Shown: positions 1-10,818 of the stretch, in pieces
Layout of the letters: each line of letters begins with the position of its first letter
Numbering within the stretch: the first letter of the stretch is position 1
Virus record (IMG/VR): IMGVR_UViG_3300025848_000115
Span: 1-33,946 of that record
From: a virus
Lineage: Duplodnaviria; Caudoviricetes
Strand: one strand, 5' to 3'
DNA length: 33,946 nucleotides
Notes under the pieces: model-generated
Databases searched by the model: none
The model's input: only the letters and a program-made list of their open reading frames with translations
Told to the model about the DNA's origin: nothing
Translations under genes and position numbers: made by a program

Positions 1-1
1 T

Positions 2-253
2 AAACTCATCGTTCGTGGTGCTTCAAAGAACGACGATTCCAATGATTACCTATTCAAAGGAATCAGCAACCGTTCATTCACCAGGACATTTGCTCTAAGC
101 GACGCAATCGAGATCAAGGGTGCAGAGATGCTTAACGGTATGCTGCAGATCATTCTCGAAAGAATCATTCCGGAGCATAAGAAACCGAAGAAGATTGAGA
201 TTAAAGAGCCTTCAGTTGTAGCCACTACAGATAAACAGCTACTAACGGAGTAA
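2..253 (+). CDS. hsp20: Small heat-shock protein Hsp20/IbpA-like, 3' part (truncated by window start)
   Basis: Manual translation of frame 2: KLIVRG...YLFKGISNRSFTRTFALSDAIEIKGAEMLNGMLQIILERIIPEHKKPKKIEI, the alpha-crystallin C-terminal signature; stop TAA 251-253. Confidence 0.92.
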   Translation, partial: KLIVRGASKNDDSNDYLFKGISNRSFTRTFALSDAIEIKGAEMLNGMLQIILERIIPEHKKPKKIEIKEPSVVATTDKQLLTE

Positions 254-259
254 TCTAAC

Positions 260-376
260 ATGACTAAACAACAACTCGGTCGTCTATTTTTATGTCTTAC
301 ATTATGTTTTGCACCAGTCGCATTTGCTATGTATGTGCATGAAGCAGTAAATATACTTCAACCAGCAATCATTTAA
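260..376 (+). CDS. Small hydrophobic protein (38 aa)
   Basis: MTKQQLGRLFLCLTLCFAPVAFAMYVHEAVNILQPAII fills the gap between hsp20 and the terminator; one hydrophobic stretch. Confidence 0.5.
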   Translation: MTKQQLGRLFLCLTLCFAPVAFAMYVHEAVNILQPAII

Positions 377-384
377 GATTGCAA

Positions 385-407
385 GGGGGAGGCAACTCCC
401 CCTTTTT
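385..407 (+). terminator. Rho-independent terminator
   Basis: GGGGGAG-GCAA-CTCCCCC followed by TTTTT. Confidence 0.9.
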
Positions 408-410
408 GAT

Positions 411-418
411 TATAAATA
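411..418 (+). promoter_or_regulatory. T4-type late promoter (TATAAATA) of the endolysin
   Basis: Exact gp55 consensus TATAAATA just upstream of ATG 423. Confidence 0.75.
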
Positions 419-422
419 ATGC

Positions 423-1031
423 ATGAATAAAGAACTACTCAAGATTGCTTTTCCTACCGCATCAGATGAAACTCTGACTAAGTATCTTTTACATCTTGAA
501 GATGCACTAGCTAATTACAACATTCAAACCCATCACGACATCTCTGCTTTCTTAGCACACATTGGTCATGAATCCGGCGATCTTAGAAGAGTAAAAGAAA
601 ATCTTAACTACTCAGTCGATGGGTTACTTAAGGTATTTCCAAAATACTTTAAAGATCGTCAAGAAGCTGAGAAGTATGCAAGACAACCTATAAGAATAGC
701 GAGCCGCGTGTATGCCAACCGCATGGGAAATAGCAACGAAGAGAGTGGTGATGGATGGAGATACTGTGGCCGCGGACTGATACAGTTAACTGGTAAAAGC
801 AACTACCAAAAGTTTGCCAAATATGTAAACAAGAGTTTGGATGATGTAATTAGTTTTCTAGAAGTACCAAAGGGAGCATGCACATCCGCTGCTTATTTTT
901 GGAAAACAAATCATTGTAATGGTAAGACAATAGAAGAATCTACTAAGATAATAAATGGTGGAACTCATGGCTTGGAAGATAGAAAAACAAGATATCAAAG
1001 AATAATTAATAAAATTTCAGATGTACTTTAA
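423..1031 (+). CDS. Glycoside hydrolase family 19 endolysin
   Basis: AFLAHIGHES, ENLNYS, YANRMGN, GDGWRYCGRGLIQLTGKSNY, SAAYFW and INGG..GLEDR motifs. Confidence 0.92.
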   Translation: MNKELLKIAFPTASDETLTKYLLHLEDALANYNIQTHHDISAFLAHIGHESGDLRRVKENLNYSVDGLLKVFPKYFKDRQEAEKYARQPIRIASRVYANRMGNSNEESGDGWRYCGRGLIQLTGKSNYQKFAKYVNKSLDDVISFLEVPKGACTSAAYFWKTNHCNGKTIEESTKIINGGTHGLEDRKTRYQRIINKISDVL

Positions 1032-1050
1032 TTATGAAACGTGTTAGTAT
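1021..1050 (+). promoter_or_regulatory. Early-type promoter for DNA polymerase
   Basis: ATGTAC-N18-TAGTAT, the same geometry as the repeated cassette promoter. Confidence 0.55.
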
Positions 1051-1076
1051 ATTCATGATCATAGATGAGATTATAA

Positions 1077-3638
1077 ATGAAATTTTACACAAATGTAATT
1101 CTACGTGGAAGCAATATCCTGTTTCGTGGCTACGACAACGGAAAAAGGATACAACAAAAGATAAAGTGTAAACCTTATCTTTTCATCGAATCACGCAATC
1201 CAGACAAAGCTTCTTACTCTACAATCTATGGAACCAAAGTCGATCGCATGGGCTTTGAGTCTGTCAACGACGCTAAAGAATTTGTAGAGTCCTACACAAA
1301 CGTTGAAAACTTCAGCATCCATGGGCAATCGCCCCACATGTTCCATTATACATGGATCAACGATACGTTCACCGGTGATGTTCAATACGACCCAACAAAG
1401 ATCAGAGTAGCTTACATCGATATCGAGGTTGCTTCTGATGACGGGTTCCCTGAGCCTGAAAAAGCAGATAAAGAAATCACAGCTATTTCGATGAGGTTCA
1501 GAGATGAAACATTTGTGTTTGGTTGCGGTGATTACAAATCATCTTCAGAACATGTTAAGTATGTAAAGTGTACTGATGAAGCTTCTCTGATATCATGGTT
1601 CATTAAATCTTTTGCTGCAGTTTCTCCTGATGTAATCAGTGGCTGGAACGTTGAAAACTTTGATATTCCCTACATCATCAACCGATCCAATCGTCTGCTT
1701 GGTGAAGAAGAAACAGCAAAGCTTTCTCCATGGAACATCATTAACACTCGTCGTGTTAGTCGTGGTAAAGTCAACGGTGAATCTGAGGTCTATGAAATCT
1801 TAGGTGTATCCACACTCGACTATCTTCCTTTGTATCGTAAGTTTACGTATACGAATCAAGAATCATATAAGCTTGATCATATTGCTTTATTGGAACTCGG
1901 TGAGAAGAAACTTGACTATTCTCAATACGGTAACCTAAATGAGTTGTACAAGCAAGACTATCAACTCTTCATCGATTACAATGTTAAAGACGTAGATTTA
2001 GTTATACGTCTCGAGGATAAGCTTAAGCTCATCGAGTTGGTTTACGCCATGGCTTACTCAGCTAAAACCAACTATACTGATACATTTGGTGTAGTTAGGC
2101 TCTGGGATATTATCGTACATAACTTCTTGATTAATCGTAACATCGTCATAACACCAAAAGATAACATCCCTGAGATCCCATATAAGATGGCTGCTTCGTC
2201 TGAGGATCCAATTACAGGTGAAGTGACTGACTATGGATCTTTTACTGGCGCTTATGTCAAAGCACCACAGGTAGGATTGCATAACTGGGTCGTATCGTTT
2301 GACTTAAACAGTCTCTACCCACACTTGATCATGCAGTACAACATCTCGCCTGAGACGTATTACTCACAGTGCAAAGGCAACATCGATGTTGATAGCTTCT
2401 TAAATGGTGAAGCAAACAACTGGGATACGGATCTAATCAAGACAGCAAACCGCTGCATCTTTGTTCGTGACAAACAAGGTTTTCTTCCTGAGTTAATGCA
2501 ACAGTACTATGACATGCGTACTGTGTATAAGAAGAAGATGATCGAGGCCCAAAAGCAATATCAAAAAGATAAGTCTTATGAGCTTGAAAAGGAAATATCG
2601 AAATACAATAATCTTCAGCTAGCGTTTAAGATCATGTTGAATTCAGCTTACGGTGCGCTTGGTAATCAATACTTTAGGTATTACCAATTGGCCTTAGCCG
2701 AATGCATCACCCTATCTGGCCAAGTAACGATTCGTTGGATCGAAGACAAGATGAATCAGTACTTGAATAACTTACTCAAGACTCAGAACCAAGACTATGT
2801 TCTCGCTTCAGACACCGACTCAATCTACCTATGTCTTGATAAATTAGTTAAGCATGTATTCAAAGACGAAGACGATAAGAAAAAGATCGTGGACTTCCTT
2901 GACAAAGTTTGTAATGAAAAGCTCGAACCATACATTGATAAGTGTTACCAAGAACTAGCTACCTACACGAACGCTTATTCTCAAAAGATGAAGATGAAGC
3001 GAGAATCAATTGCAGACAAGGGTATCTGGACAGCAAAGAAACGATACATCTTGAATGTGTATGATTCAGAAGGTGTTAGGTACGCTCAACCAAAGTTAAA
3101 GATCATGGGTATCGAGGCAGTCAAGTCTTCCACCCCTATGTCTTGCAGAGAATCGATTAAGAATGCTTTGAAGATCATTATGACTAAAGACAATGAGTCT
3201 TTGATCGAATACATCAAGCAATTCAAAACAGAGTTTCTGTCAATGCCGTTTGAAGACATTGCTTTTCCTCGAGGATGCAATGGATTGAATAAATATAGAG
3301 ACAAAGGTGGGATCTATAAAAAAGGAACGCCGATTCATGCAAAAGGTGCATTGATCTACAATCACTTTGTAGAAAAGCACAATCTGTCTAAAAAGTATCA
3401 ATCGATTAGTAACGGGGATAAAATCAAATATTGCTATCTTCGTTTTCCTAATCGTTACAACATTGAAGTTATTTCTTGCCCAGGAACACTTCCTCCAGAA
3501 TTTGATTTGTCTTGTTTGATTGATTATGATACTCAATTTGAAAAAGCATTTCTTGAACCATTGAATGGAATTCTGGAAAAGATTGACTGGGTTGCAGAAA
3601 AGAACCATATCGCAACTATCGAGGATTTCTTCCAATGA
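1077..3638 (+). CDS. 43: Family B DNA polymerase (T4 gp43-like)
   Basis: Exonuclease motifs DIEV, GWNVENFDIPY, YNVKDV; polymerase motifs SFDLNSLYPH, KIMLNSAYG, SDTDS, KKRY; C-terminal clamp-binding IEDFF. Confidence 0.98.
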   Translation: MKFYTNVILRGSNILFRGYDNGKRIQQKIKCKPYLFIESRNPDKASYSTIYGTKVDRMGFESVNDAKEFVESYTNVENFSIHGQSPHMFHYTWINDTFTGDVQYDPTKIRVAYIDIEVASDDGFPEPEKADKEITAISMRFRDETFVFGCGDYKSSSEHVKYVKCTDEASLISWFIKSFAAVSPDVISGWNVENFDIPYIINRSNRLLGEEETAKLSPWNIINTRRVSRGKVNGESEVYEILGVSTLDYLPLYRKFTYTNQESYKLDHIALLELGEKKLDYSQYGNLNELYKQDYQLFIDYNVKDVDLVIRLEDKLKLIELVYAMAYSAKTNYTDTFGVVRLWDIIVHNFLINRNIVITPKDNIPEIPYKMAASSEDPITGEVTDYGSFTGAYVKAPQVGLHNWVVSFDLNSLYPHLIMQYNISPETYYSQCKGNIDVDSFLNGEANNWDTDLIKTANRCIFVRDKQGFLPELMQQYYDMRTVYKKKMIEAQKQYQKDKSYELEKEISKYNNLQLAFKIMLNSAYGALGNQYFRYYQLALAECITLSGQVTIRWIEDKMNQYLNNLLKTQNQDYVLASDTDSIYLCLDKLVKHVFKDEDDKKKIVDFLDKVCNEKLEPYIDKCYQELATYTNAYSQKMKMKRESIADKGIWTAKKRYILNVYDSEGVRYAQPKLKIMGIEAVKSSTPMSCRESIKNALKIIMTKDNESLIEYIKQFKTEFLSMPFEDIAFPRGCNGLNKYRDKGGIYKKGTPIHAKGALIYNHFVEKHNLSKKYQSISNGDKIKYCYLRFPNRYNIEVISCPGTLPPEFDLSCLIDYDTQFEKAFLEPLNGILEKIDWVAEKNHIATIEDFFQ

Positions 3639-3961
3639 GACAAGTAGATAATTTTGATGATGATTTTGGTTTTTCACTATTAAGTGAAGATGAACTAAAG
3701 AAAAGAGAAGAAGATGCAGCAGCTCAAGCTGCACAGTACGCTGCAACCAAAGCAGCTGAAGCGTTCAAGCAAGAGTTTGAATTTGAAATCAATAAGACTT
3801 CTGAATACTATCAAGGAAGACTCAAGCAACTATACGACGCCATCATGCCTCTTCTTGTTAATTTGTCTAAAGACAACGACAAGGCTTACATCTATTGGCC
3901 TAATCGACAAGAAAAGATACAGAAATTTGTTAACAAGATAAAGGCACTAGCTGAGCAATGA
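3635..3961 (+). CDS. Conserved phage hypothetical protein
   Basis: ATGA overlap with gp43; DDDFGFS...PLLVNL...YIYWPNR pattern typical of T4-like environmental phages. Confidence 0.75.
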   Translation: MRQVDNFDDDFGFSLLSEDELKKREEDAAAQAAQYAATKAAEAFKQEFEFEINKTSEYYQGRLKQLYDAIMPLLVNLSKDNDKAYIYWPNRQEKIQKFVNKIKALAEQ

Positions 3962-4776
3962 TAAACGTAGTAGCTTTAGTTACAGCAATAGCTATCTCCA
4001 TCATAGCAGCTTATTATTCTATCATCGGTCTAACCACTATATTTGCTGCAGCATTTTGGCCAGTCGTTATCATGGGATCTTTTCTTGAATTAGGAAAGAT
4101 CGTTACTACTAATTGGCTTTATAGCAATTGGGAAATTGCTCCTAAATTTATCAAAGTTTATTTGATGACGGCTATCTTTATCTTGATGTTCATAACATCT
4201 ATGGGTATCTTTGGATACTTATCTAAGGCACACATAGAACAAACAGTGTCACAGGGTGATAACACCGATAACATCGAACTGATTGAACAGAAGATCGAGT
4301 TTGAACAAGATAAGATCAATGATTCCAAACTTGTGTTAAAGCAGCTCGATGCATCTGTACAAAGACTTGTAGACAACGATCGTATTCGTGGTTCAGATGG
4401 AGCCATAGCGATAAGAAACTTACAAAAACAAGAAAGAAAAGATTTAACTGAAACTATAGAAAATAGTATGAAAGTTATATCTGACTATAAGATGGAAGCA
4501 AATGTACTACAAAAATCTAAACGTCAGATGGAAGCTGAAATAGGTCCATTGAAGTACATAGCCGAATTGATATATGGTGATGAAGCAAAAGATCATTTTG
4601 AAAGCTCAGTAAGAGCTGTGATCATATTGCTAGTATGTGTATTTGACCCATTAGCTATAGTGTTGTTACTTGCTGTGAACGTATCAATGACTCAGAAAAA
4701 GAAGTTTACTTTAAAACAGCAAGATAGTATAATGGAGATAGTACGGAGTTCTATAAATAACATTCGATCGAAATGA
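3958..4776 (+). CDS. Membrane protein with central coiled coil
   Basis: Three N-terminal hydrophobic helices, a coiled coil, then [10 protein letters not shown] and [10 protein letters not shown]-terminal helix; ATGA coupling. Confidence 0.8.
   Translation: MINVVALVTAIAISIIAAYYSIIGLTTIFAAAFWPVVIMGSFLELGKIVTTNWLYSNWEIAPKFIKVYLMTAIFILMFITSMGIFGYLSKAHIEQTVSQGDNTDNIELIEQKIEFEQDKINDSKLVLKQLDASVQRLVDNDRIRGSDGAIAIRNLQKQERKDLTETIENSMKVISDYKMEANVLQKSKRQMEAEIGPLKYIAELIYGDEAKDHFESSVRAVIILLVCVFDPLAIVLLLAVNVSMTQKKKFTLKQQDSIMEIVRSSINNIRSK
4752..4759 (+). promoter_or_regulatory. T4-type late promoter upstream of uvsX
   Basis: TATAAATA, followed by GAGG and ATG 4784. Confidence 0.55.
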
Positions 4777-4783
4777 GGTATAC

Positions 4784-5851
4784 ATGACGACATTTCTAAA
4801 AAACTTATGTGAGCAACTCAAAGATGAAGACACAAACATCGTCGCTGATGGACAAGGTTCTGCGGAGTTTAGTGGATGCATTGATTCTGGTTCTTTTATT
4901 CTCAATGCTGTTCTTAGCGGGAGCATATACGGCGGCGTTCCTAACAATAAGATTACTGCTTTCGCCGGTGAATCGGCTACTGGAAAAACGTTCTTTGTTC
5001 TAGGAATAGTTAAGTCTTTCCTCGACGCTCATCCTGAAGCTGGTGTCATGTATTACGATACAGAAGCAGCTGTGACCAAACAGATGATGGAGGAGCGCGG
5101 TATCGATACCAAGCGCGTTATCGTTGCTGAGATGGATACCATTCAGCGGTTTAGAACCCACGCACTAAAGACTCTTGATTTTTATGAAAAGACTGGTAAG
5201 GATCGTCCTCCGTTCATGATGGTCCTTGATTCACTCGGCTTATTGTCAACAACTAAAGAAATGGAAGACACCGCTGAGGGTAAAGAAACACGTGACATGA
5301 CAAAGGCTCAGGTTATCAAGGCAGCTTTTCGTGTGCTGACTCTCAAGTTGGCCAAAGTCAAAGTACCATTGTTGGTTACCAATCACGTCTACGCTGCCGT
5401 AGGATCGTATGTTCCTACCAATGAAATCTCAGGTGGATCGGGTTTGAAATATGCAGCATCAACCATTGCAATGCTTTCAAAGAAGAAAGACAAGGATAGT
5501 AACAACGATGTGGTCGGTAACATCATCAAGGTCAAGATGCACAAGTCAAGGTTATCAAAAGAAAATGGACAGGTAGAAGTACGCCTGTCATATGATAAGG
5601 GACTCGACAGGTATTACGGTTTACTCGAATTAGCGGAAAAGTATAATATAATCAAGAAAGTATCAACTAGGTACGAGATGCCTAATGGTACTAAGTTGTT
5701 TGGTAAAGAAATTAACACCAATCCAGAAAAATACTTTACTGAAGATCTCCTAAAGATTCTCGATGAATGCGCTAAGAAAGAATATTCTTATGGCCAGGGT
5801 TATGAAGAAATTGGAGAAATGAATGACGATCGAGAAGACGATACTATCTAA
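4784..5851 (+). CDS. uvsX: RecA-like recombinase UvsX
   Basis: Walker [37 protein letters not shown]; located between gp43 and gp41. Confidence 0.95.
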   Translation: MTTFLKNLCEQLKDEDTNIVADGQGSAEFSGCIDSGSFILNAVLSGSIYGGVPNNKITAFAGESATGKTFFVLGIVKSFLDAHPEAGVMYYDTEAAVTKQMMEERGIDTKRVIVAEMDTIQRFRTHALKTLDFYEKTGKDRPPFMMVLDSLGLLSTTKEMEDTAEGKETRDMTKAQVIKAAFRVLTLKLAKVKVPLLVTNHVYAAVGSYVPTNEISGGSGLKYAASTIAMLSKKKDKDSNNDVVGNIIKVKMHKSRLSKENGQVEVRLSYDKGLDRYYGLLELAEKYNIIKKVSTRYEMPNGTKLFGKEINTNPEKYFTEDLLKILDECAKKEYSYGQGYEEIGEMNDDREDDTI

Positions 5852-7187
5852 TCTCCTCTTTAATGAGGAATATACTCGTAAAGTTCTACCATTCATTAAA
5901 GATGAATACTTTCGTGATCATAGCGACAAGCTTACATTCAAGCTAATTCAAGAGTATATCAACAAATATAATGCTCTTCCATCAAAGGAAGCATTGAATA
6001 TTGATTTACAAAACAAAACAAATGTAAGTGAAGAAACGTATAAACAAGCTATCAATATCATTGAGAGTTTGAAATGTGATAAAGATACAAACAGTAAGTG
6101 GTTGACTGAGCAAACTGAAAAGTTCTGTCAGGATCAAGCATTATTCAATGCTATCTCTAAGTCAATTCAGTTGATCAATGGAGACACTAAGCAAGATATA
6201 TCTAAAGGCGCTATTCCTGAATTGCTGTCGACGGCTTTATCTGTATCGTTTGATACCAACATTGGCCATGATCTGGTTGATGATTGGGAACATCGATATG
6301 ACATGTATCACACACGTGAAACTAAGATACCTTTCAACTTAGAATACTTTAATAAGATCACTAAAGGTGGACTGAGTAAGAAGACTTTGAACATTTGTCT
6401 TGCTGGCACAGGTGTAGGTAAGAGTATGTTCATGTGTCATTGCGCTGCAGGTAACCTCCTTGACGGTTTGAACGTTCTATACATAACTCTTGAGATGGCA
6501 GAAGAAAAGATTGCTGAAAGAATCGATGCAAACTTGATGAACGTAGCTATTGATGAGTTGTCTGAGCTTCCTAAAGATGTATACCAGAAAAAGATTGATA
6601 AAATAAAGAGTAAAACAGTTGGTAAGCTTATCATCAAGGAGTACCCAACGGCTTCAGCCGGTGCAAACAATTTTAGGTACCTATTGAATGAGCTTAGATT
6701 GAAGAAGAACTTCAAGCCAGATATCATCTATATCGACTACTTGAACATCTGCAATTCATCCAGGCTTAAGGTCGGATCCAATGTTAACTCGTATCTATAT
6801 GTTAAGGCAATCGCCGAAGAACTTAGAGGTCTTGCTGTTGAGATGAACTTGCCAATCGTTAGTGCTACACAAACAAATAGAACTGGGTACACAAACTCAG
6901 ATGTGGGGCTTGAGGACACATCTGAATCATTTGGCTTGCCAGCAACAGCTGACTTCATGTTTGCCATCATAACTAATGAACAGTTGGCTAATCTTAATCA
7001 ATTGCTTGTAAAGCAACTTAAGAATAGATACAGTGATCCAAACATTAATCGAAAGTTTATCGTAGGTGTTGACAGATCTAAGATGAAGTTGTATAACGCA
7101 GAAGCAAGTGCTCAACGTGATATCGTTGATGATACACCACAAGCAAAAACTAAATTTGATAAGTCGGTGTTTGAGGGGTTTACATAA
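5823..7187 (+). CDS. 41: DnaB-like replicative helicase (T4 gp41)
   Basis: [45 protein letters not shown]. Confidence 0.97.
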   Translation: MTIEKTILSNLLFNEEYTRKVLPFIKDEYFRDHSDKLTFKLIQEYINKYNALPSKEALNIDLQNKTNVSEETYKQAINIIESLKCDKDTNSKWLTEQTEKFCQDQALFNAISKSIQLINGDTKQDISKGAIPELLSTALSVSFDTNIGHDLVDDWEHRYDMYHTRETKIPFNLEYFNKITKGGLSKKTLNICLAGTGVGKSMFMCHCAAGNLLDGLNVLYITLEMAEEKIAERIDANLMNVAIDELSELPKDVYQKKIDKIKSKTVGKLIIKEYPTASAGANNFRYLLNELRLKKNFKPDIIYIDYLNICNSSRLKVGSNVNSYLYVKAIAEELRGLAVEMNLPIVSATQTNRTGYTNSDVGLEDTSESFGLPATADFMFAIITNEQLANLNQLLVKQLKNRYSDPNINRKFIVGVDRSKMKLYNAEASAQRDIVDDTPQAKTKFDKSVFEGFT

Positions 7188-7235
7188 TTGTATGTACATG
7201 TTACAATACAAAAAAATAAATTATAAGCTAATCAC

Positions 7236-7811
7236 ATGAATATATTTTTTCTTGACGCTTCTCCAGAAATTTGTGCGCAACAGCACTGCGACAAACATGT
7301 GCTTAAGATGATTATCGAGTACGCACAGCTTCTATCGACTGCTCACCGCGTGATTGATGGAGAAGTTTATACTCACATCACCGACAAAAAACATAAGATT
7401 AAGCGATGGAAGCTTAATGATGATCGTGATCAGATCCTTCATCTTGCTGCTCATGTCAATCACCCATCTAATATCTGGACTAGGTCTTCAACAGCATCTT
7501 ACACATGGCTATATAGTATGTGGAGACACTTATTGAAAGAATATACATATCGGTATGAGAAGCAGCACAGCAACGAGCGATTGATCTTTGCATTAGCTAA
7601 TCCTCCTCAGGGACTGACATTTGATAAGTGGATCAATCCTCCTAAAGCTATGGATGACATCTATAAAAAAGATGATGTGATTGAAAGTTATCGTAACTTC
7701 TACATCAACAGTAAGAGTCGATTTGCTAAATGGACAAGGCGAGATATACCAGAGTGGTACATCCAGGGAATGTTTGTGTCTTCAGCAAAAGTTTATAGCC
7801 TAAATGATTGA
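7236..7811 (+). CDS. Pyrimidine-dimer DNA glycosylase-like (DenV-related) protein
   Basis: MNIFFLD...HCDKHVLKMIIEYAQLLSTAH, HVNHPS..W and YRNFY...KW..R..PEW pattern of this phage family; activity inferred. Confidence 0.65.
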   Translation: MNIFFLDASPEICAQQHCDKHVLKMIIEYAQLLSTAHRVIDGEVYTHITDKKHKIKRWKLNDDRDQILHLAAHVNHPSNIWTRSSTASYTWLYSMWRHLLKEYTYRYEKQHSNERLIFALANPPQGLTFDKWINPPKAMDDIYKKDDVIESYRNFYINSKSRFAKWTRRDIPEWYIQGMFVSSAKVYSLND

Positions 7812-8274
7812 TGTAGATATAATCAATTGTAGATCTAAAAAAAAGATAGAACTTTATGATACTGCAATTAGATTTTTCTACAATAAGTTATTGCCTAAAG
7901 TGAATAACATAGAAATAAATCTATGTCTAGAAAACAACATAGAATCAGATGCGTTCTGTACACAAATTGAACCAAAGTGTTTTATAATAGAGTTATACAA
8001 AAAGCTTCCAATCACAGAACAGTTGAAGTGTATTGCTCATGAGATGGTGCATGTAAAACAGTTTTTTCGTAGGGAATTAAGATGTGTAGGTCATATGATC
8101 ATCTGGAAGAATCAAACATTCTCAGCCGAGACATTATCTAGACATAATGTAACTCGTAATTCATATGATGAATATATAAATATGCCATGGGAAAGAGAAG
8201 CATTTCTCAAAGAAGAATTACTTTTTAATGAATTTATAATTGAAAATGAAAGGAAGGTTAGATCATGTTTATGA
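7804..8274 (+). CDS. Putative HEXXH zinc metallopeptidase
   Basis: IAHEMVHVKQ plus downstream PWEREA. Confidence 0.7.
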   Translation: MIDVDIINCRSKKKIELYDTAIRFFYNKLLPKVNNIEINLCLENNIESDAFCTQIEPKCFIIELYKKLPITEQLKCIAHEMVHVKQFFRRELRCVGHMIIWKNQTFSAETLSRHNVTRNSYDEYINMPWEREAFLKEELLFNEFIIENERKVRSCL

Positions 8275-8804
8275 CTGAAAATATTGTACCAAAAGTTACA
8301 TTTAAGACTCGTGTTCGTGATGAATCGATTGGCGGTCCTAATCCTTATCGTTGGCAAGATGTAGATAGCCACGATTTGTTTCGTGGTAAGAGAGTTGTAG
8401 TATTCTCTCTTCCTGGTGCATTCACTCCTACCTGTTCCACCATGCAAGTTCCCGGTTATGAATCTAACTATGATTTGATTCGTAGTCATGGTATTGATGA
8501 AGTATATTGCATTAGTGTAAACGATGCTTTTGTGATGAATGCATGGGCAAAGCAACAGAACATTCAAAATATCAAGATGATTCCAGATGGGTCTGGTATT
8601 TTTACTCGTAGAATGGGAATGCTAGTCGATAAAGATAATCTAGGATTTGGTATGCGTTCATGGAGATATTCTATGGTTGTTGACAATGGTGTTATTCAAA
8701 AAATGTTTGTCGAACCAGGTTGTGTTGATAATTGTGAATCAGATCCTTATACTGTAACTGATCCTCAAACAATTTTGACTTATCTAGGAAGTAATTCTAA
8801 GTAA
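8265..8804 (+). CDS. Peroxiredoxin (Prx5/redoxin type)
   Basis: SLPGAFTPTCS active site, SVNDAFVMNAW, GFGMRSWRY. The start may be 8271. Confidence 0.95.
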   Translation: MFMTENIVPKVTFKTRVRDESIGGPNPYRWQDVDSHDLFRGKRVVVFSLPGAFTPTCSTMQVPGYESNYDLIRSHGIDEVYCISVNDAFVMNAWAKQQNIQNIKMIPDGSGIFTRRMGMLVDKDNLGFGMRSWRYSMVVDNGVIQKMFVEPGCVDNCESDPYTVTDPQTILTYLGSNSK

Positions 8805-8809
8805 ACAAA

Positions 8810-8885
8810 TCCCCGGTAGTTCAGCTGGTAGAACGGTGGACTGTTAATCCATATGTCGTAGGTTCAAGTCCTACCCGGGGAGCCA
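8810..8885 (+). tRNA. tRNA-Asn (GTT)
   Basis: 76-nt cloverleaf: acceptor TCCCCGG/CCGGGGA, D-loop AGCTGGTA, anticodon loop CTGTTAA, T-loop TTCAAGT, encoded CCA. Confidence 0.97.
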
Positions 8886-8894
8886 TTTAATAAT

Positions 8895-9650
8895 ATGAAT
8901 TTTAGCGATATAGTAAAAGTTCCATATACTACAATCCCTCGTATGCAAAAATACGAGGGAGATCTTTTGGTCCAGCCAGCTTCTCAAATTCATCTTAATG
9001 AAAAAAGAAAAGAGTTGTTGTGGGAAAAATCATTAAAGAACATTGATCCTAATTTTGGTTTGTCTTTTGCTTCTGACTTAGCTAGAGCAAGAAAACTCAT
9101 CAAAAAAACATCAAACATTTTAGGTTTCGGTAATATCAATCACATCGTTGAACTGTGTTCTAATATACAAGAAGACTTGGTGATAATGGATCATGGCAGG
9201 ATCTCAGCAGCATGTGTTTGTTTTCCAAGTGGCTGGAATCCTTTCACAGCACAAGGTAAAACACTGGAGCAAATTCATGCTCCAGTTGCAGATGGCGATA
9301 CACTCCGTAAGATGAGTGATAAGCTTTCACATTTAATGTGTGGAGAGCACCGGTATCATCGTTACGTATGGACTGTGACCACTAATAAGTATCTTAGTGC
9401 TCATCCATTCTATAAAAGAAGTCCTGCATCATCCATCAATGACCTATGGTTCAGACAAGAACATCAGATAACTTTTCCAATTCAAAAGAATTACACGTCT
9501 GGGTTTTTAATCGATGTTAGTGTTTGTCCCTTGACTTTTTTATCCAATGAACAACAAGAACTAATTCGTAAATCCATAAATAGCATGTCTGACAATGTTT
9601 TAAAGTATAAACATTTAGAAGACATAAAGCTTTTAATAAACACAAATTAG
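8895..9650 (+). CDS. DUF3445 / heme-dependent oxidative N-demethylase alpha-subunit-like protein
   Basis: QEDLVIM, CVCFPSGW...GKTLEQIHAPV, R..W, FRQEHQ and terminal YK motifs characteristic of DUF3445. Confidence 0.8.
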   Translation: MNFSDIVKVPYTTIPRMQKYEGDLLVQPASQIHLNEKRKELLWEKSLKNIDPNFGLSFASDLARARKLIKKTSNILGFGNINHIVELCSNIQEDLVIMDHGRISAACVCFPSGWNPFTAQGKTLEQIHAPVADGDTLRKMSDKLSHLMCGEHRYHRYVWTVTTNKYLSAHPFYKRSPASSINDLWFRQEHQITFPIQKNYTSGFLIDVSVCPLTFLSNEQQELIRKSINSMSDNVLKYKHLEDIKLLINTN

Positions 9651-9659
9651 TAGTAGGAG

Positions 9660-9854
9660 ATGTCTATGCTAATGCAAAGAGAATATAATTTTTACGAGGT
9701 CGATAACATGAATACGTTGCAAGCTATGTACCAAATGGTATGCAATGGATATACTGAAATTGAAAAGAAACTTAAGAACATCATAGCAGAGAATGAGTAT
9801 CTAAAGCGAAAGCTTCAAGAACAAAACAAAAATTTGCATCCATTCATGGATTAA
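9660..9854 (+). CDS. Hypothetical coiled-coil protein
   Basis: ORF in operon context; the true start may be an internal Met after GAGG. Confidence 0.5.
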   Translation: MSMLMQREYNFYEVDNMNTLQAMYQMVCNGYTEIEKKLKNIIAENEYLKRKLQEQNKNLHPFMD

Positions 9855-9954
9855 CATTATTATTTTCGAGATGTTATGTTTGAGCAGTGTAAAGCAGTAA
9901 AGCGTCGATTTCATATCGGCGCGTTTCATAATAGATATTTTAATTGAGGAAACT

Positions 9955-10806
9955 ATGACAAAACCATTAAAGATAGGAATCATTCAACTGAGAGGAGCAG
10001 GAGATTGTTTAATCGCTGCTCCTATAGCAAAGTATCTATTCAATAAAGGAATGGAAGTTCATTGGGTTATAGATGAAAAGTTCTATAAGGCATTCAAATA
10101 TGCATTCCCATATGTTAAGTTTCATTCTCTTTCAGTAGAAGAAAAATCCATTCAATCAAATATCAGAAACCCATATTGGTTTGAAACTCCACACAAGATG
10201 TTGATTGAAGATGCTGGTTGTGATGAAGTAATTTGTTTTCCATACGAAGAAACACTTCACTTCGATAAGATCGGGTTGCCATCACGCTTAATAGATCCAG
10301 TTGCTATTCGTGCTAAAGACTTAAGATTGGCGTTTCATACAACATTTGATCAATTCAAGTATGCAGTAACGAATGTTCCGTTTGAAGAAAAATGGAACTT
10401 AGACATGAGAAGAAATTTGAAAAGAGAACAAGAGTTCTTTGATAAGATCATAGTCAACAAAGACAAACCATATGTTGTGACTCATTTGTCTGGCGCAATG
10501 GGAAGAATTGAATTCAGTCTAAACACAAAATCATTTATTGAAAGCATAGGATTGATGGACCATGAAATAATCAATATCACGCCAGTTACAGATAATGTGT
10601 TTGATTGGACAACCATCATTGAAAAATCAGCATGTTTTATAGGAATAGATTCGTTTTATGTAAACTTAGTCGAACAGATGAATATGAAGATTCCTAAGTT
10701 CTTTATAAGAAGATCACCACTCAATTTTACTCCAGTATTAAGAAATAATTGGGATTTTTTGCCAATAAAACTAGCATCAGATGAACCACACGAATTAAAA
10801 TTTTAA
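9955..10806 (+). CDS. Glycosyltransferase (GT9/heptosyltransferase-like)
   Basis: N-terminal RGAGDCLIAAP and C-terminal FIGIDSFYVNL motifs; GAGG RBS. Confidence 0.65.
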   Translation: MTKPLKIGIIQLRGAGDCLIAAPIAKYLFNKGMEVHWVIDEKFYKAFKYAFPYVKFHSLSVEEKSIQSNIRNPYWFETPHKMLIEDAGCDEVICFPYEETLHFDKIGLPSRLIDPVAIRAKDLRLAFHTTFDQFKYAVTNVPFEEKWNLDMRRNLKREQEFFDKIIVNKDKPYVVTHLSGAMGRIEFSLNTKSFIESIGLMDHEIINITPVTDNVFDWTTIIEKSACFIGIDSFYVNLVEQMNMKIPKFFIRRSPLNFTPVLRNNWDFLPIKLASDEPHELKF

Positions 10807-10818
10807 AGGATAAATAAT

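Noticed and set aside
260-376. Small TM peptide as a holin for the GH19 lysin
   Set aside because: Separated from the lysin by a strong terminator, and the lysin has its own late promoter; no positive evidence.
1077-7187. Inteins or introns in gp43, uvsX or gp41
   Set aside because: Lengths are typical, motifs are contiguous, and no splice-junction or homing-endonuclease motifs were seen.
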